Shown: positions 60,801 through 64,000 of the stretch, piece by piece
Numbering within the stretch: position 1 is the stretch's first letter
Layout of the letters: each line of letters starts with the position of its first letter
NCBI GenBank assembly: GCA_032128875.1
Contig: JAVLKG010000002.1
Coordinates: 384,001 to 448,000, forward strand
Direction: 5' to 3'
From: Candidatus Melainabacteria bacterium 17Bon1m
GTDB lineage: Bacteria; Cyanobacteriota; Vampirovibrionia; Obscuribacterales; Obscuribacteraceae
Length of the DNA stretch: 64,000 bases
Made by a program: the position numbers and the translations under genes
The notes under the pieces: generated by a model
Database searches by the model: none
The model's input: only the letters and a program-made list of their open reading frames with translations
What the model was told of the DNA's origin: nothing

Positions 60801-60837
60801 CCCGATTGCCATGGCAATCGGGCGTCCGATCTACTAA
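60800..60837 (+). repeat. degenerate copy of the mazF 3' segment (60723-60752), overlapping a perfect 24-bp palindrome
   Basis: att gcc atg gca atc ggg cgt ccg atc tac taa versus att gca atg gca atc ggt cgc cca atc tac; gcccgattgccatggcaatcgggc (60800-60823) is self-complementary. Confidence 0.8.
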
Positions 60838-60876
60838 GTAAGAAGCCGCCGGGCACTAAAGGAGAACTCCAGAATC

Positions 60877-60909
60877 AAGGTCGAACCATGCGAATGTGTT
60901 CGCCTTTTT
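60877..60909 (+). terminator. probable terminator after mazF
   Basis: aaggtcgaac...gttcgcct followed by a T run. Confidence 0.55.
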
Positions 60910-60910
60910 G

Positions 60911-60938
60911 TTGACAGCCATACTTTTGTATGTATAAT
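60911..60938 (+). promoter_or_regulatory. consensus sigma70-type promoter
   Basis: TTGACA-N16-TATAAT, both hexamers exact. Confidence 0.75.
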
Positions 60939-60944
60939 GCATAT

Positions 60945-61101
60945 ATGGGATTTTGCAGCGCCCTGGTGCGTGACCGCCTGAAGAGGGCTAACGGTCCTTA
61001 GCCAATTCAGTTCGCTGGTCCAGTGCGGATCCTATGCGCGAGTGTCACCCGGGGCCCTCGCGCAAACCAAATTGCAGTCTTGCGCGCTTTTGCGTGCAAG
61101 T
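60945..61101 (+). ncRNA. candidate structured small RNA of unknown family
   Basis: Follows the consensus promoter; stems GCCCUGG/CCGGGGC, GUGAC/GUCAC, CUGAA/UUCAG, GGCUAA/UUAGCC; ends at hairpin cttgcgcgc-tttt-gcgtgcaag; next gene is convergent. Confidence 0.5.
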
Positions 61102-61128
61102 ATTCGCACTGGAAACTTCACAGCCGGT

Positions 61129-61914
61129 TCAGGCTGTCGTGATTGTCACCTTTTCGCCGCTGCTGACGTTAAGCAGCGCTTGCGCGCTTGCTTCTTTTGC
61201 CGCGATTTCCAAATAGCCGTGGCTGCCGCAAAGCACTTGAGCGTCGCCATCATCTATGGTGTCATAGCTGCCGGCCGCCAATTTCAACGATCGGCTGCCG
61301 ATGCGTATTTCCTTTATTTGAGGTTTTGTTTCTGCACAAACATTCGTGATGAGATTTCCATACCGGTCAATATAGACAATCGTGCCTTCAATCTCACCAG
61401 CTTCGACTTTTGGCTCCAGTCCTTCAATTACTGTAAGCGTGCTTTTGTCTACTTCTACAGCAAGATCTCTCAGGGCTATGCCGCTCAACAAACGTGCCGC
61501 AACCGGTGCAAAAACATCGCGGGCATGAAAAGTTTTGGAAACAGAATTGAGAAAGAATTGCGGTTTTTCCAGTGCATAAGCCTTTTTAGCTCCGGCAATA
61601 AAAGGCGTAGTCAAACCATTATCCGGCGCAAGGATAATGCAATCAGGCAATTCAAGCGCGATTCGTCTCTGTTTTGTACCGACGCGCGGGTCAATGACGG
61701 CGATATGAATGGTGCCTGCCTTGAAATACGGCACGCTTATTTTTAGCGACCAGGCGCCGGCAAGAATATCGAATGGCGGAATCTCATGATTGAGATCCAC
61801 TATTTGAGCTTGCGGAAAACGGCTCAGGATGATGCCTTTCACCACACCCACGTACGGATCTTTAAGACCGAAGTCAGTTGTAAGAGTTACGATTCTGGAA
61901 GCATCATCAGTCAT
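61129..61914 (-). CDS. SAM hydroxide/halide adenosyltransferase family (DUF62)
   Basis: LTTDFG..DPYVG, VIDP.VG, APDNG, TFHARDVFAP, IDRYGN. Confidence 0.92.
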   Translation of the reverse strand: MTDDASRIVTLTTDFGLKDPYVGVVKGIILSRFPQAQIVDLNHEIPPFDILAGAWSLKISVPYFKAGTIHIAVIDPRVGTKQRRIALELPDCIILAPDNGLTTPFIAGAKKAYALEKPQFFLNSVSKTFHARDVFAPVAARLLSGIALRDLAVEVDKSTLTVIEGLEPKVEAGEIEGTIVYIDRYGNLITNVCAETKPQIKEIRIGSRSLKLAAGSYDTIDDGDAQVLCGSHGYLEIAAKEASAQALLNVSSGEKVTITTA

Positions 61915-62297
61915 TAGTGCGCAATCACAGTGGCAGTCGCGAACTCGTGCTCATGGCTAACCGAAACTTCGAATTTAGTGAGATTCTGTCGGGCTGCCAC
62001 TTCTAAAGCTCTACCGTGCAACTTGAGAGTGGGCTTGCCGGAACGTTCGCGGACAATTTCTACTTCTTTCCAGCCGACACCGTACCAGCCTGTTCCAAGG
62101 GCTTTTACTGTTGCTTCCTTAGCTGCAAAGCGACCCGCCAAGCGCTGAAACATGTGATGCCGGGCACTATTCACATGTTGTTCTTCGGCTTCGGTCAGAA
62201 TGCGTTTTAGTAATTTATTCCCAAAACGCTCATAGGAGGCGCGAATCCGACTGACAGAACAAATGTCGGTGCCGATCTTGATGTTAAGGTCAGCCAT
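61914..62297 (-). CDS. acpS: holo-ACP synthase
   Basis: IGTDI, LAGRFAAKEA..KALGTG, SVSH. Confidence 0.95.
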   Translation of the reverse strand: MADLNIKIGTDICSVSRIRASYERFGNKLLKRILTEAEEQHVNSARHHMFQRLAGRFAAKEATVKALGTGWYGVGWKEVEIVRERSGKPTLKLHGRALEVAARQNLTKFEVSVSHEHEFATATVIAH

Positions 62298-62323
62298 GTT
62301 ATTCTCCTTGCCCGTCTAGCTCT

Positions 62324-62902
62324 CTACGAACGGCTTTCTTTGTCGCCACGCGTCCCATAAAGGTAGACGATTTCTGGTTTCGAAAGTGATTCATGCAATT
62401 GTGTGACCGTCTTTTTCAAGGTCGGATGCTGGAAGTCAGGTGCGATTTCCAGAAGCGGCACCAGCGCATACGCCCGGAATGGAACATTTGGATGAGGCAC
62501 CCGTAGTTCTTCTTCCTCGACGATTGTGTTTCCGAAAAAGAGAATATCCAAATCGATGACTCGTCTGCGTTTTTCGCCAGGCACGCAGTCTTTCAAGGTC
62601 TCTTCTTTTCCGTGCATGATGGCCAGACGTTTTTCGATATCAAGAACAGCGTCCAGAAGCGCTTTGCAGGAGAGCGTCGTTTCTACTGAAGCTACCGCGT
62701 TGACGAACCACTTGTCGTATTCAACACCAATCGGCTCGGTTTCATAAAGGCTCGAGCACTCAAGAACCTTGATTCCGCTGACGTCTTTCAGCATTTGCAT
62801 TGACTGCTGCACGAAGCCAAGACGGTCTCCCTCGTTAGAGCCCAGACCAATGAAAGCCTGCGTACGCTTCGGATTGCCCCGAAATTTCAGTTTGTCGGAC
62901 AC
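62324..62902 (-). CDS. folK: 6-hydroxymethyl-7,8-dihydropterin pyrophosphokinase
   Basis: IGLGSN.GDR, SSLYETEP, R.IDLDIL, PHP. Confidence 0.93.
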   Translation of the reverse strand: MSDKLKFRGNPKRTQAFIGLGSNEGDRLGFVQQSMQMLKDVSGIKVLECSSLYETEPIGVEYDKWFVNAVASVETTLSCKALLDAVLDIEKRLAIMHGKEETLKDCVPGEKRRRVIDLDILFFGNTIVEEEELRVPHPNVPFRAYALVPLLEIAPDFQHPTLKKTVTQLHESLSKPEIVYLYGTRGDKESRS

Positions 62903-63109
62903 CTTTGAGACCTCAGTATGCTTTGTTTAAAGCGCACACATTATATACAAAAGGCGCGGTGAGTGTAGAATCTCATAAAAAAAGAGGGCGTTTTCAATAT
63001 GCGCATTGCCTGAATTCCAGGTGCCACGCGGATATAATAAGCGCCAGGTAAAACAAGTCAGGTGAATCGGCCGTTTGTGCTGGTGTGCACAAAGGTCGAA
63101 GGAGAAAAA

Positions 63110-63757
63110 ATGAACATTCCTCCCGATCGCAAGAAGATTTTTCAAGCCATTGAAGATAGCCCGGTGGCTTACAATCCAACCGTCATCGAAACGACGGCGC
63201 GAGGCGAGCGCTCGTTCGATATTTTTTCTCGACTTTTAAGAGAGCGGATCATCTTCCTGGGACAGGGCGTCGATGACGTTGTCGCCTCAATTATCGTGGC
63301 TCAGTTGCTGCTTCTGGAAGGTGAAGATCCGGAAAAAGACATTCGTCTCTACATCAACTGTCCAGGTGGAAGCATCACTTCCGGCTTTGCAATTTACGAC
63401 ACTATGATGCACATCAGAAGCGACGTGTCGACAATCTGCTTGGGTCAAGCCGCCGCGATGGGAGCCTTCCTTCTGTCATCCGGAGCCAAAGGGAAGCGGC
63501 TTGCATTGCCGCATTCGCGTGTTCTAATGCGTCAGCCGATGGGCGGAGCGGAAGGACAAGCTTCAGATATTGAAATTCAAGCAAAAGAAATTCTGCGCAA
63601 GAAGAAATTGCTTGTAGAGCTGTTCGCGAAGAATACTGGACAAAGCCAGAAGCAAATCGAGAAAGATAACGACCGCGACAACATCATGACTCCTGAGGAA
63701 GCCAAAGAATATGGCATCATCGATGAAGTTGTAGCGCGTGAGATGGTCACGACATAA
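63110..63757 (+). CDS. ClpP-family subunit, predicted non-catalytic (ClpR-like)
   Basis: [36 protein letters not shown] (Ser to Ala) and VLMRQP (His to Arg). Confidence 0.88.
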   Translation: MNIPPDRKKIFQAIEDSPVAYNPTVIETTARGERSFDIFSRLLRERIIFLGQGVDDVVASIIVAQLLLLEGEDPEKDIRLYINCPGGSITSGFAIYDTMMHIRSDVSTICLGQAAAMGAFLLSSGAKGKRLALPHSRVLMRQPMGGAEGQASDIEIQAKEILRKKKLLVELFAKNTGQSQKQIEKDNDRDNIMTPEEAKEYGIIDEVVAREMVTT

Positions 63758-63774
63758 GGTTCAACAAACTCGAA

Positions 63775-63978
63775 TTACTTCTTACTGTCGTTCTCTGTGG
63801 CTTCAGGTGGGACCGGCTCGCCTGGCGCAAACTCTGTTTTACGTCCGCCGCCATCTGAGTAGAGTTCTTCTTTTCGCTTATCTTCTGCAGTTTGTTGAGC
63901 ATCGCTCGATTGTTCCAAACTTTCCTTTTCTGCGTGGCAATTTGCATCTTCATTGCATGGTCTTTCGCCGTTGCTCAT
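63775..63978 (-). CDS. small acidic hypothetical protein
   Basis: 67 aa with a GAGGAG RBS. Confidence 0.5.
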   Translation of the reverse strand: MSNGERPCNEDANCHAEKESLEQSSDAQQTAEDKRKEELYSDGGGRKTEFAPGEPVPPEATENDSKK

Positions 63979-64000
63979 GTCAGTCTCCTCGTATGCTTCC

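Noticed and set aside
60723-60837. Diversity-generating retroelement TR/VR pair
   Set aside because: Only about 30 nt, differences are not adenine-specific, and no reverse transcriptase is in the window
60970-61015. Hammerhead-like (CUGAAGA) or twister-like (CGGUCCUUAGCC) ribozyme
   Set aside because: No GAAA after stem II for a hammerhead; twister P4 and pseudoknot pairings not found
60945-61101. 6S, SRP, tmRNA, RNase P or tRNA-Sec identity for the candidate sRNA
   Set aside because: Too short and branched for 6S; lacks the SRP CAGG-GRAA-AGCA, RNase P GAGGAAAGUCC and tRNA-like hallmarks
61042-61746. 234-aa plus-strand ORF as the target of the consensus promoter
   Set aside because: Antisense to the well-supported DUF62 gene, no RBS, and it crosses the terminal hairpin

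Overview
Gene-dense chromosomal window with no prophage, IS element, CRISPR array, tRNA or rRNA visible. The cyanobacteria-like housekeeping proteins, absence of photosynthesis genes and kinase-TM-LRR paralogs suggest a non-photosynthetic Cyanobacteriota relative (Vampirovibrionia/Melainabacteria, possibly Obscuribacterales); this is inference only. Core genes: ispG, miaB, tsaC/sua5, nagZ, metK, argS, rpiB, glycerate kinase, pepA, pccB-like, mgtE, trpS, acpS, folK, plus two MATE transporters and three sigma factors. Most notable: (1) a degenerate ECF sigma factor directly upstream of a 1762-aa soluble protein with an N-terminal ZAS anti-sigma finger, about 1500 aa of blockwise WG, RWDxPIQ, PFG and Q-rich repeats and a C-terminal Roadblock/MglB domain, near an MshEN+DUF4388 protein; (2) four tandem kinase-TM-LRR receptor genes; (3) a SigG-like ECF with a triple-ZAS anti-sigma; (4) a structured, switch-like metK leader; (5) an apparently orphan MazF with a synonymous copy of its 3' end, followed by a consensus promoter and a structured candidate sRNA; (6) a ClpP paralog lacking catalytic Ser and His; (7) an uncalled 37-aa K/R-rich ORF upstream of trpS. 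All domain and RNA calls are by-eye motif recognition; no searches were run.
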